Assembly: GCA_003971905.1 (NCBI GenBank)
Contig: RSEE01000071.1
Span: 248,001-312,000 of the forward strand
Length of the DNA stretch: 64,000 nucleotides
Direction: 5' to 3'
DNA from: Moniliella sp. 'wahieum'
Lineage: Eukaryota
Below, piece after piece: positions 48,888 to 64,000 of the stretch. Positions within the stretch are counted from its first letter, which is position 1, and each line of letters begins with the position of its first letter. The notes under the pieces were generated by a model, which saw only the letters and a list, made by a program, of their open reading frames with translations, ran no database searches and was not told where the DNA came from. The translations under genes and the position numbers were made by a program.

Positions 48888-51832
48888 ATGCCGACTCCTC
48901 GCTCGAGCCGGCTCAACGAAGCAGATGAGGAACAGACCCACATACTTTCCGAAGGCTCGGACCTTCTGTCCCCGCCGTATGCTATCGACTCTCTTCGGCC
49001 TCTCACAATTGATAGCAGAACACCAACAAACCACGCGACGTTCAAGAATACTACCCCGTTTTCGTTCACAAACACAGTCGAGGACGGCAACGAGAATGGG
49101 ATGGAAACAGAGTCTCTCTTGGAAAACGCGCTCTATCACAACGATCCACTGCTGAGTCCACATGATGAACCCTCTGGGACACGACCCGCGACGAACGAAA
49201 ACCGGGGATCAGACCAATGGGATGAAGGCGCCAACAATGGAGATGAAAACGACACAGACGAAGAGAAGGTTCTGGACTTGGCTGATGCGCGTGTGCGTGC
49301 CATCGTGCCTAACGAAGACGACCCAGATATGCCATACAACACGATCCGTACCTGCTGCTTTCCATGCTGCTGGCCCTCGGCCTCACCACCACCCTCATTA
49401 CTATGGAGACCCGAGGAGATTGGACCAACCCACAGCTCTTTGTGTCTACAAGTGCGGTGTTAGTACAGCCATTCACCTACTGTTTGGGTTTTGCGCTATC
49501 AAAAATACCGTACCCATCCCATTGGCCCCTGGCTTGGTTCCTCAACCCGGGCCCTTTCAACCTCAAGGAACATACGTGCGTCCCAACTTCCGAGACGTTG
49601 AGGTTCCAGGGAAGGAGACCTCTGTCTGACATGTGTGATTGTTTCGCGCAGGATTTGCACCATCGTCGCTGCGCTTGCCATGGGCCCCAACCTAACCATG
49701 CAATACTTGGCAGGAATGGTTTTCTTGATGAATCCGCAATTGACGAACGGTGGCACAAAACAACAGACCACATTCCCACCCGGCTTCCTCTTTCTCATTT
49801 ACCTTTCTACCCCATTCTTTGGATTTGCCTTGGCCGGTCTTGCCACACGTCTTCTCATTTGGCCTGGTGAGCTCGTGTACCCTCAGCAGCTTCAGACCAG
49901 TGCAATGTTGACAGCTTTACACGGGGTTCGCCGTGGCAACTGGAACCGGCGCCGCGTCTTCTGGATTGTGGCGACGGTCATGTTCGTCTGGCACTGGATC
50001 CCAGATTTCTTCTATCCACCTTTGGCAAAGTTCCAGTGGCCAACGTGGATTGCTCCGTCCAATTTTGTGGTCAATCTATTGTTTGATGGAACGATTGGTA
50101 TGGGCTGGTCTTTTTGGTCCTTAGACTGGGCTACAGTGATCACAGCGTTGAGTTCGCCCTTGATCGTCCCATGGGGTGCGCTGGTCAACGTATTTTGTGG
50201 CTTCGCCGTCGCCATGTGGGTCATTGCCCTCCCGATCTTTTTCACCAACCGGGACCAAGCCGCCTGCGTCCCCTATTGTTTTGCCAGCGTGATTTGGTAC
50301 CCACAACTGCTTGTCAATGACATGCAAGTCAACCCCTTGCCCCGAGACATGTATCTAGATCCCCCCCAATTTGATTCGCCCTATCCACCCCAGGGATACT
50401 TTTCTGCCACAAGCGTCATGACCTGGGCGTTTTCCTATGCTGCTTGCACCGCCTTACTCGTGCACACTCCGCTTTTCCATGGCGGCGACCTACGCCGCTG
50501 GTGGAAAGTGTCTAACGTGGCCAATTCGCCTGACCCCACGCACGCCAACTCGCCCGCTACCCGGCTGTTCCCACCTGGTGGTACCTGTTTACTTCTGGTT
50601 GCCTTTGTCTTTGCCATCCCCATGGTGCACGTGTACGACACTTCGGTGCCGGTTTGGGCGATTGTGCTTGCCCTGGCGCTGGCTGCAATCTTCATTGTTC
50701 CAGTGGGCATTGTAGTGGGCCGGACGTCGGTGGAACTGAAGTGTGTGGAGCACTTGGCGACGTTGATTGCTAGTGCTTCTCTGCCTGGGCACACGACCAT
50801 CCTTCCGCTCTTTCAGATATGCTGCGCGGGAAGCATCCATCAAGCGATGCTCTACTGTGGCTGCTACAAACTGGCACTCTACTTTAAGATCCCGCCGGAT
50901 CACCTTCTTTGTAGTAGTGGGAACCCAATTGGCCTGCTCAGTGTTGCAAAGTGGAATCTGGGTGGGATGGAGTTCCGATACGCTGAACATCATCAGCGAA
51001 GCCGAAGTGCGGGTTACAGGGTTGTACGATCCCATATATTGGACTGGCGTAGGACCTCACAAGAACGGCTTCCTGCACCAATACCAGTGGACTCTGTACT
51101 TTTTCCTTATTGGCGCAGTCGCACCTCTGATCTTGTACCTTGCCGGACGCGTGTCCCCCCGGTTGAATCGCTTTGCTCACCTCCGCTCGATCCATTGGCC
51201 GCTCTTCTTTGGTGGTATATCGCAAGCCTCGTTTTTTGCACCGGTTTGCTGGACCTCCTGGTTTTTCTGGGGGCTGTCACTCACCTGCTGTTCTCCCGTC
51301 GTCGGCATTTAAATTATTGGATTGCGTACGTCCACTACTCTCTTTTCCCTTTGTATTGTACCAGGGATGAATGTGGCTAACTCTCTTCTCTAACAAAATC
51401 TCTGGATTGGTTGTCGACAGGATGAATTACATTCTCTCTGCCGCCGCTGCCGTGGGATGTTCGCTTTGTGCAGCCATCATCACTGCCATGGAGTATGGTA
51501 CAGGTGGCACTGACACCCGCTTTACCCGCTTCCTCCATCACCTGAGCAAACTTGGGCCCCAGAACGACTACGGCGATACCATGGAAAAAGTTCTGGTCTG
51601 GAACGACACGTTTTTCCCCAACGGGGACGCGTCTGCCACCCCTAGTTGTCCCCTTGCAAATTCCAGCCGGAGACCGTCGGCAGATCTCTGCGTCAACGAC
51701 GCAATTCTTTTCCCCCTGCCTTTTTTCTTTGTATATCTGCCCAATGATTCAATCGCGATGGCATCAGAGTTGTCAAGCCATCTGTCTATATGCGTTCTTC
51801 TCTGTTTACTGAGAATCCAGGGTCAGTTCTGA
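48888..51832 (+). CDS. OPT-family oligopeptide transporter (divergent); introns 49576-49651 and 51326-51420; start and end approximate
   Basis: VRAIVPNEDDP, NPGPFNLKEH, GFALAGL.TRLLIWP..LVYP, SLDW, SPLIVPW, KLALYFKIPP, NYILSAA; multiple TM helices. Confidence 0.9.
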
Positions 51833-52849
51833 GTGCATGTACTCTCAACCCTCCTGCCACTGCGTTTTGGGGACTGGAGACGCGATGACATTAGTAAGGC
51901 TGGCGAAGCTATTTTTCACCATATCAGAGAGGGAAGCCTGCTGTTGGCCATGTTGGCAGAGCTTCAAAAGCTTGAAGCTTGAGGCGGGTAACTCAAAAGC
52001 GATATATGGTCACGAGGAGACCACCACTGGGCCTACGGCCCGGTCAGGCTTTTGGTGTTGGTGCTGTGTCGCCACCTTAGCCACCGTTCCCCCCCGGTCT
52101 ACCGTTCCACCCTGGAACCCGTCCACCGTGGAACCCAACATAATATCAGCGATACGTGCTGGCTGCGGTTGGGCTGGAACGTGGCACACGCTTCAGTTCA
52201 TGTAAAAGTGTGCAGGGGCGTTTCCCATTTTAATATAGTCCCCCAAGTTCCTTAACCTTGGCGGCACTTCCAAGTAACCCCCGCAAAGATGAACGGTTCG
52301 TTTTAGACGTAGCGTTTCCCCTGTCCCAGCATTAAGCTCTGTCAATGATATGGATGCAGAGTAGAGTCTATACTCACCACCATCGATGCATACAATCATG
52401 GTTGTACACACCCAGAGTCTACAACTGTTTTTGACGATTCTTCATGTGAACACAGTAGTACATATGGACACTGTCAATGCGGTTATTGCTCAAGATTGCT
52501 CCAATCGAGCAATGGCACCCCGTTGCCTCTTCGTACAACGGGTGCGTCTTTGGCTGTTCTTCCCGTGCCTCCTATATCTCTCTGCCTCTATAGAAAACTG
52601 AATAGTATTAGGATGTGGCCGCATGGCAACTCCATACTATCGCATTGTCCAACGAAATCATATCACAACTGTGAGCCTCCCCCACAGTGTTGCAGTTAGG
52701 CAGCAGGGGGGGAGGATCGAGGAAGTGAGATCTGGGAGCAGTAACATGTAGCAGTGGGAGACGTTCCCCCCCTTAAGATGGGCATGTGAGGGGAGGTCAA
52801 CAAAAAGCGGCGTAATAGTTGTGAGACGTCAAGGAACCAAGCGAGGAAG

Positions 52850-53848
52850 CTAGTTATGAGACGCAAATACTTGCGCCACCGTCTCGTCCAGGCCGATCAC
52901 GCGGTCGCCCAGCAAAGCCAGAAGGCGGGAATTGTCCACCGTGGTGAGATCTTTGTCGTCCAAGTCGGGCAAGGACTGCCAGCTGGTCGCCAGCGGCGCG
53001 TCGGGCACCGCCTTGAGCACCGCTTCGACCAGACTGCGCAACGTATAGACCGAGTTGTACGCCAAGAGCCGTTCGTTGTTCACGTCGGGGTTGATGAGAG
53101 CCTCGACGTGCAGCTGCGCCACGTTGGCCACATTGACGAAGAATTGCGAGAAGCCATACATGGCGAGAACGCTCGGGTCGCCCTGCGCCAATTGGAGCAC
53201 AATACGATTGGTACTGTTGGTCGATGCGCCAGGCAACTCTCACAGCCTAGAGTCACATTGGGGTTGACGGTGGCCACGCTGATTTGGGGGTTGGCACGCT
53301 GAAACGCCCACACGGCTTTTTCCGCCTCGTACTTGCTCGCCGTGTAGATGTTGAACGGAGTGGGCTGCCTCTTGGCCTTCTCCACCCCGGCATCGTTCCA
53401 TGTCGCCGGGGTGAGGTGGCGCGGAGGTTCCCTGCCCAAGGGGGCGACGGCAACACAACTGGACGTGTACACACAGGCGACGTACGTTGGCCTGTTTGCT
53501 AGCGTCCAACACACCTTGCGTGCCCGCCACGACGGACGTGACGATGTCCCACCCAGTCCCAAGCGACACGTCGGACGCGATGTGCGCCACGCCCTGCACG
53601 CCTTGAACTACCGACGCATACGCCCCTTCGGCGGCCATGTCCGGTACCACCACCACCTCCAGCCGGTCAGGCCCGAACGGCGCAAAGCCCTTGCAGAACG
53701 CATCGGCTTTCGCGTCTGTGCGCACCGTAGCACGCACGTTCAGCCCCGCTTTCAGCGCTTGGTCCACCACGTGCGAACCGATAAACCCACTGGCGCCCGT
53801 GACCAGCACCCACTCGCCCGGACGAAGTGCAGCAGAAGAAGAGGTCAT
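52850..53848 (-). CDS. NAD(P)-dependent epimerase/aldehyde reductase II-like (extended SDR); frameshifted
   Basis: VLVTGASGFIG, VRATVR, V.HIAS, VYTSS, YTASKYEAE (YxxxK), FVNV.NVA.LHV. Confidence 0.92.
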
Positions 53849-56440
53849 GTTGTGTATGGGTGCGAGAGTGTGACTGTGTATTAAGGGTGGAAGGGTGGGG
53901 TGGGATGCGGAGGGGAGGAAGAAGCGTAGATGGAGAAAGGAGTAGGGCAGCCAAGACGAACCAGCTCGTCTTTTATTTCTTCGGGAGTGGCTCTATCAAA
54001 GGGTAGTGTTGCGTGTTGGAGTTGCGCCTTGGGTCTCGCTCTGAGGTTCGGACATTTGACATTTGGTGTTACGGGGCGCTCCGGTTTTCCCCGGACGCTG
54101 AGCCTCTCATGTCGTAGACATCTCAGCCCAGCACGCGTCAGTACTCAGTTCGGTTAAACTAGCGAGAGAGAGCCAGTCGACACCTTATATCCTTGCTGCT
54201 GATATCATCGAATCATCTGCGGCCCGCCATGGTCGCATGGGCTTATCGGTACCATGCTTTGTTCCCATTGCGCCCAGTCTTGTCAGAACCCTTTTCCTGC
54301 TGCGCCCGACTATATACGCAGCGTTAGCACCTTGGAAAGCAAGGACTGATGTGCATTAGTCTTTACTTCTCTGGGAAGTGCCCCGTATTCTGTCTATACT
54401 TGTCACATGTCACAGTGGTTCCTTCTGCTGTATATACTAAAAGCAGCCATGTCTAAGGCATGCTAGCTGTAGTCCTTGTCGACCATCCTCTCTCCTACCT
54501 TTGGTCTCCCCGACTACCAGCTCCTCTCTCGCCTTCACCTTTTCTACCACCCTTATACGCTTACGAATTTACGACTTACGTCGAGTGCACTGCAAGCCGC
54601 GGTGGTTACTTCTCTCATCAGTGCATCAGTAGCGCCTGCTCTTCTTTAGGACTCTGTCTGTTCCCACCAGCTACAGCGTACCGAGTGTGGTAACGCTGCG
54701 AGGAACAGAGGATAACTTCGGAGCTCCTGGACCCTTTCAGCTGGTCTAACGACCTACGTACGCGGCTCCTACCTCGGAGGGTCTGGACTGCGGCCTTTGC
54801 ACGCAGGCAGCCACCCAACCTAGAGGGTCTCTCCCTCGCCTCTACACCTGCTCGGTTCAACCACAGGATCTGGAGCAGGACCTAACGTGCGAGCCACCGA
54901 TTGATCTGTCCAAGGGTTTAACGTTTATACCCCTAAACTACAGGGGGGGTCTGTCACATGTCACATGTCACGGGCGAAGGCGGGTTGGCAAGCCCGGCGG
55001 AGTCTACGCGCGCTCTTCGCCATCCTAACCCCGTCCCAGGTTGGTCGGTGGGTCGGATACGACCTGATCCGATCTTCAAAAGCTGAGGCCCGTCTGCTCT
55101 ATCTGTGATCAAAGAGCTCGCTCCCAAGTTTAATCCAAGTCCATCGTGGCTAGCGCAGCCGCCAGCGCGACGTCAGTCTACGTATCCAGCAACAATATAA
55201 TAGTCACCTTCCGCCCCAGTGAATTGAGAATCCCAGGTTCGTGGTTCTCCGCTTTCCCGTCGTGTTCTTGCGAAGCTAGTCGCCCCGTGATTAATGATCG
55301 TTGATCTTACTTCTCTGCGTTGCGCGCTGATAGCAAACCCGAGCGACAATAGCTGCCCCATGCCTGTTTGCCTTACCTTTCTAGGCTGTACGTGCTGCAG
55401 CCGTCTCCCCTGTTCTCCCCTGTTCCCCGTTCATCCTCTGTTGCCTTGTTTCCATTTTAGCCCCTGTCTGTTAGCAATGGTTCGTGGCTTTCCCCGACGG
55501 TCCATTTGACGTCTCCCCCTACTCTCCTCGCCAATTGATCGATCCAGTACACAGGCAACTCCTCCGCCTCTTACTAGTTGCTCCTCCATCCCCGTCGTCA
55601 GCTCTCAGCTGCCCCAGCCCAAGTCCAGCCGAGTTCAGCCGCTTGTGATCGATGATCTTGCTCTCCGCCACGCCGCTCCCACTGGTCTCAGCCCAGCCTC
55701 AGTCCAGCAGCGTGGGTCCTCCGCTGCCTCCCCCCGGTCCCTCTGAGCCCGAAGGCTTCAAACGCTACTGCCGCCCAAGCCGGTGCTACGCAGCCTTGCC
55801 ACACTTACTTGCAGCCGCCTCTGCTATACGCCGAGAGGCCTCTCCTTGTCCCTAGCTCCGCTCGGACCCACCAACCAGCCCAAGCGCGTAACTACCGTGA
55901 GTCGACCTTAGGACCTCCAAGGGATTGTACCCCTCAAATTTCAACCCCCCCCGGGCGGGCCCTCTGGCGGCGCCCGCCCACGACAGGGTCCCACCTCGGA
56001 CCTCCCCATGAGATTTGTGGGTTGCGCACACCAACGGGACCCAAGGCTTACCTCCGGGCTATCCCCGGTCGCCCCGCCGCATGCCAGACCCGTGCCCAGC
56101 CAAGCTTCAAGGCTAGGCGCGCTAGCTAGACACCACCCCGTAAGCGTGGCGCAAGGCCGGGCACGCCGAGCTCTGCCGCGCTCACCCTAGCCCCTCTTGG
56201 ACCTCACGGCCCCACTCGTCGCCACCGCTCAGCGCTGACTCGGTACTAACCCCTACCCACCCATCCCTGAACCTTCGGACCAAGTTGAACGTTGAACTCA
56301 ACTTTAATCGCTGTGCCGGACCCCCCCCTTCTGACCTCGCTTGTGTCCGCAGCAACGCACTGTTCTACCCCCCCCGTTGCCGTCTGCGCACGCGCCCGAG
56401 CAGGGCAGGTTACCGACGTTCAACGCAGGCAGGAACGAAG

Positions 56441-56494
56441 AGGGTTCGAGAGGGTTCGAGAGGGTTTGAGAGGGTTCGAGAGGGTTCGAGAGGG
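56441..56494. repeat. 10-bp tandem repeat AGGGTTCGAG x5
   Basis: Seen directly; abuts dispersed repeat copy B. Confidence 0.9.
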
Positions 56495-56497
56495 CGG

Positions 56498-56732
56498 TGT
56501 TGAGCTAGGTGGCTCGTGCTTTGGCCAGTGTCCGTTCAGTTGTTCCTCAGGCCTCAGGCCTCGGAGTTTCCGCTGTTTTCCCTCTCCTGTTTTCATCCTT
56601 GTCCTGCAGCTTAGCCCCTGATGACGACTCGCTGCTTGATGTTCCTATGCAGGCATTGCTGGTTGCCACACCACCACCATCAGGGCGATTGCACCATCCT
56701 CGAGGACCATCCGGACTCCAGGTCTCATGAGG
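56498..56732 (+). mobile_element. Dispersed repeat copy B (probable retroelement relic)
   Basis: Homologous to 12933-13160; one frame reads CRHCWLPHHHHQGDC, close to a zinc-knuckle pattern. Confidence 0.65.
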
Positions 56733-58449
56733 CGGCGTGCTCGGTCGCCTCCCCGTGCGGCTGCAGCGTGCCTTCTCTATATTTGTGTTGCGGATGCGAG
56801 CGGGCGAGTGGAGCTGGTGAGGCTGATAAGCAAACGTGGGTGCCGGAGAGTGGCGGGGTTGGGATTGGATCCGGATTGGATTGGATGGGAGTGGGCGTGG
56901 AGGAGGTAGGATGGATTGCGGTGGAGCTGGCGGAGGTGGTGCTCTCTGGGGTAATAGGGCGTGGGCATACAGTGCTTATCTCAGCGCTCTCAGCGGGACT
57001 GCAGAGGGGGATGATCGATGATCGATGAATGACGAGAAGGACCACCGGGCCCACGGCCTGGTCAACTTGCTGGGCCACCGTCGCCACCGTCCCACCGCGC
57101 CACCGTAGCCACCGTTCCCCCTTATAATCATTGCATGGACTGGCACACGATGTGTGCAGATACAGAGGTACAATGCGGAATGGGCCGGGTACAAATTTCC
57201 GCGTCAGTTCTCGCAGTCCACTAACCCACTACAAGGTGAAGCTGAGGCAGGAACTTCACCGGCCATCAATATCAAGCGGCCAAACGGGCTCGTCTTCTAT
57301 AGTGATCATAGAGTGATGCACTGTCCATATAACTCTTCCGATATATATGATCGCTCAATCGGCCCGTTTTGCTCGTCGTGGTCGTGCACTCGCGATGGCC
57401 ACCATATATTGCTTCCTCCACGCCCCTTATCAAGAACAGGTTTTCAATGTCGGGAGCCGCGGGCCTCGTTCTGCTTTAGTGTGCCATTGTAACGTGTATC
57501 TATACCCCCTGCGATATACTAGTTTCCGATACTAAAAGGAGAGGGATGGCTTGTATTCCACTTTGTGTTTGTATATGGCATCGCATGTCGCCTTGAGGTT
57601 CAAGCTTTTTCAATCTTCAAGTGTCTGTGGGTTTTTGGCCCGTGGTGTTAATTGGTGTGCAGGGTATGTTGTACCGTACCAAGAGAAGGGGTAAGGTTCC
57701 CGTCGACCGTCCCCTCCTCATCGCTTTTGAGGAGGGTTACTGCAAGGGGGTGGCTCATCCCCAGCGGCCACCGAGGCAACCGAGGCTAGCAATCAGGCCA
57801 TGAGAGACGTGATATTTGACCCTCCAGCAGATTGGTGGGTTGGGGCTGCGGCGTATCTCCCACTGTCCTTTTCTTTCTGCCTAATCTAATCAACAATCGG
57901 TGATTGTCGAGTATCGATCACACCCGCGTCAGCTGCCGCCGGTGGAACAGTAAGCAGCACACAGCCCCCGTGCCCACTCTCGCCTCTGCGTACTGATACT
58001 GAACGTGAAACGGCGAAAACACTGCGTACTGGTACTGAGTGTACTGAGTACTGACCTGGCCCGCGCGGCCGCCAAAGCCCGCCACAAACAGGGGCAGCCA
58101 CCACACGAGAGACGAGGATTATACCACTTTGGACACCTGTCCAAGATGGGACTAGGTAGTACCGAGCATCGATGTCCCACTATCGATTAGGCCCGAGTTG
58201 CAATCCCCTCGCAGCCACATCGCCCCCCCTGGAGCTATCAGTGCTCGGTACATACCTGTCGGAGAAGCTGCTGTTGGTGGCGCAACGCTCCCCAGGAACA
58301 GTGAATAGCGCGGATAACTGGCATGAGGGCTTGCTGGTATATACATACTGAGTTGTTTTGGGTTTTGGAGAGCTCTCCTGCCGTCGCACTCCACACACAG
58401 TCCAATTCGCCGTACCCCATCTCGTTTCTTGTCCGAACCACCAACCTCG

Positions 58450-60696
58450 ATGCAATCTAGCATCCCGCTCAAGCGCCTGGACACCGGCCATCTATCCAAC
58501 GACTCTACCAATGACACGGGCCTTGCGCAGGACATGGAACGCATCCACTCCTCAGATGTCGTGCCGACACCCACCACTACACTGTTCACCTGGCCTCCCG
58601 AGACCAAGGATCGGACGACGACGCTTTCGTCTCGCCCGAGCCTGGACCAAACCACAGCCGATCTCGCTGGCGAGCAAGCAGCACAGAATGAATGGACGGC
58701 GGGGACTTCTTTCCGCCGTGCGAAGAGGAGCCCCATGACGTTCTCGATGTGGTCGGGGGTGGGCTGGCCTCCCACTTTGCGCTTTGGCGCGGAAAGAAGG
58801 CGTCGTTTGGGGACTTGTCCGGCGTCCCAACCGCCCAGCAACAAGAACTCTTTCATTTGCCCGCGGGATTGCGAACGGGACTGAAACAGCGACAGTGTGT
58901 CTTTTGCCTCTTTCTGCCTTGATGGCGTGGGTACTGTTGCTACTAGCGCACAGTGGACTGACCGTTCCGATCTCAGTGTACAGAGTGAGTCGCCGCTGCA
59001 TCGCGTGCTAGAAAAGTGCGGCGGGAAAGGGAGGTGGGAGTTTGGTTGCTAACCATCAGAAAAGTGATTGCGCTCAGCTCCGTGATTGCCGGAGGAATCT
59101 TTCTCCAAACGGGCATACGTTGGCCGTTGCCGGTCCGCTCTCACTCTTGCTTGCCTACCTGATCACAGGCGGACTGATAGCGTGTGTGATTCTGTGCGAA
59201 GCCGAGCTGGCCAGCTTGGCCCCCGTTTCGGGCTTTTACGTACGCCACCCATCCATGTGGCTGGACGAAGCGGTTGCCTTCTCTACAGGTTGGGCCATCG
59301 TGGTCGGCAACGCGCTGGCGCTCGCTCCGGCCGAACTCATCTCGTGTGCACAAATGGCTTTGTATTGGGGCAACGTGTCTCCCGCCATCTTGATCACTGT
59401 GATGGCCACCTTGATCGTAGCGTCCAACGTGTTTATGCTGCGCTTCATGGGAGGTAGAGGTGGTGGCGGCCGTGTTCAAGTTGGGGTTATCCTTGCTTGT
59501 CATTCTCAGTCTGTGCATTGACCTGGGCGCTGGGCCCAAAGGCGAGCGAATCGGGTTCCGGTACTGGACCGCGCCCGATGGGCCCATGCGTTCCTTTCTC
59601 CTGCCAGGAGCGGGAGGCAGACTGCTAGGAGTATGGCAGGCAGCCATCACCAGCGTGTACACCTTCACCACCATCGACGCTACGTTTGTTGCCGCGGCCG
59701 AGCTCGAGGCCCACGACGCAACATCCCCAAAGCCGCCAAACGGTAGGTTCTTCATCCCGGGTACAGCAAGATAGCAGTCAGTGGCACCGAATACTGAGTA
59801 CTGACCTTTGAGAGCAGGGTGTTTATTCGAGTGTTGTCCTATACAACCTGCTCATCTTTTCCATGGGCCTCATCGTTTCCTCGCGTGACCCACGGCTCAA
59901 CCGAACAACCGGGACACAACAGAGCGTATTTGTCATTGCAGTCGAGACAGCCGCATCAAAGCCATGCCAAGCATCATTACGTTGCCCTCAGGCCTCACCC
60001 TGCCTCTTTGCGAATTGGATGATGGATGTCGATGCTGACCGAGCCATGGCAGACGTGTGTGTGATCGCCTCATCCTGGAGCGCAGCCAACTCGTTTGTCC
60101 TGGCGGGTTCGCGCACGCTGGTGAGTCTATCGGAAGAAGGGTACGCGCCCAAAGCGTTTACCAAGATCCACAAGTTTGGCGTTCCGTGGGTGCTGCCGTG
60201 CTGAGCATGTGTATCTGCTTCTTTGGTCTGTCGTTCTTGGCCATGTCGTCCCGCGCCACGGCGATCTTCAGTTGGTTTGTCCAATGCGTTGCCAGTGTGT
60301 ACCTGTGGACGTACTCGGTGATTTGCCTCACGTCGCTCCGCGTGCAACAAGGCATGCGGGCGCAGGGGATCAAACGTTGCTCTCTTCCCTGGAGTATGCG
60401 CGGACAGCCGTACATTGCCTACGTTGGCTTGGGCGGGTGTCTCCTCCTGCTTCTCAGCAACGGAATCAAAATTATGGTCCCGGGCAACTTTTCTGTCCCA
60501 GCGCTTCTCTCTCCTACCTCGCCCCCTTGGTTCTGGTGGGCGTCACAGGCTTGTACAAATACTGGTACCGCACCTGCCTCGTTCCGTTAGAGGACATGCC
60601 AATCCAACCGTGGATCGTTCAAATATCATGAACCCCGAGCCCCCGCCCCACGAGTCAAGGGGCGACGTCTGCTCGTCTGCTCTCCTCCTGGCATAA
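58450..60696 (+). CDS. Amino-acid permease (APC/YAT family); introns about 58895-59059 and 59743-59817; frameshifted
   Basis: RGLKQRQ, AGPLSLLLAY, IDLGAGPKGERIGFRYW, SSWSAANSFVLAGSRTLVSL...G.APK.F...GVPW, LPW...QPY. Confidence 0.9.
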
Positions 60697-61214
60697 GCAT
60701 CTGCCGGTTCTCCCCCCCCCCCCTGTACCATAATCCATCCACCGCATCTGTGTGACGGGCACCACGAACGAAGCAGGTCTGGCACTTTGATAGCCGAGCG
60801 TAGATCTAGCGGAGCGACTTGACTCGACTTGAACGCCATAACACCAAACACCGAACACCAAAACAATAAAACGCGCTCGGTCGGGATCGCAAACTAGTCA
60901 GTTGGGGGAGGGGAGCTTCCAAGAAAAGGGGGTGATTAGCATCCCCTGGACGCCCGTGACCGAGCCTGTTGGAAGGACGCGACCGAATGGCGCTAGCTAG
61001 AAACAGAAAGGGCCAAACGGTCAGAACTTGGGCCACCAAGGCTGACGCCGACATAGCTACCGAGGTAAAACATGGATGCGATTGAACGAAGGGTCTAATG
61101 GCAGTGGGTATGTGGGGGGCTGGGAGCCATGACAATCGCCCACCCATCGAGTATGTCATGGAGGAAGCGAGAACCCGACGATCAGATCAAGATGGGGAGG
61201 ATGCGGCACCAGAG

Positions 61215-62055
<841 letters not shown>

Positions 62056-62444
62056 GGTAACGCCGGAGGCACGCAAGCAAGCCGCAGCGCCGCGGGCCGA
62101 TGGGCGGGTGGGCAGCACGCCAGGCCCGAAAAGATGGGCGGGCGCCGGGCTCGAACCAGGGGGCGCTGCGCCGCCAGTCGTCCGTGCTCGGATGCGGGCA
62201 CTGCGCGGCCTGCGGCGGGAAACGACGCCCGGCGAACGCACGTGCCCCAATACCCGCCGCAGCAATTCCCACCCGGCGCCCGAGCAGTGTCGGCGCAATG
62301 CAACCCTAGTGGCCGCCCCCGCCGCGCCCGCGTCCAGCGCCGCGCCCTCGCCCGGCGCCGCCCGCCCCGCGCCCCGCGCGCGGCCGGCCGGCTTGGCGTT
62401 TGCGCCGCCGCGACGCTGTCCTGCTTCCCCCCCTCTGCTCCGCC

Positions 62445-64000
<1,556 letters not shown>

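Noticed and set aside
52820..52852. Cryptic peroxisomal targeting by stop-codon readthrough in the reductase
   Set aside because: The stop context is TAG CTT rather than TGA CTA, and the extension LPRLVP* does not end in a PTS1.

Overview
Eukaryotic, intron-containing fungal DNA. The gene set, GT(A/G)(C/T/A)GT...CTRAC...YAG introns and GC-rich coding style suggest a basidiomycete yeast, probably Ustilaginomycotina-like (inference). Almost every conserved gene carries 1-bp frameshifts, consistent with an unpolished long-read assembly, so most CDS boundaries are approximate. Genes in order: a degraded divergent gene pair, a secreted six-hairpin-type glycosidase-like protein, an Ariadne-like RBR E3 ligase, FBP1, a Pho85-type cyclin, a Kre9/Knh1-N-like secreted protein, MSP1, trimethyllysine dioxygenase, a PP2C, a small MGxCxS-lipidated protein, a GH128 glucanase, a PNUTS/Ppn1-like protein, a large low-complexity protein, tRNA-Leu(CAG) with an intron, acyl-CoA oxidase, an atypical eIF4E, an OPT transporter, an NAD(P)-dependent reductase, an amino-acid permease, TAD2 and the 5' part of SSB Hsp70. 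The most notable observations are (1) a recurrent promoter motif (CAC)TGGCGCCGTGC, (2) an eIF4E with Met in place of the eIF4G-binding Trp73, (3) a micro-exon gene that encodes a myristoylation/palmitoylation motif and is missed by the ORF track, (4) many stop-free in-frame introns, (5) pervasive 7-bp drifting repeats in intergenic DNA, and (6) a ~230-bp dispersed repeat that looks like a retroelement relic. I see no clearly new multi-gene system.
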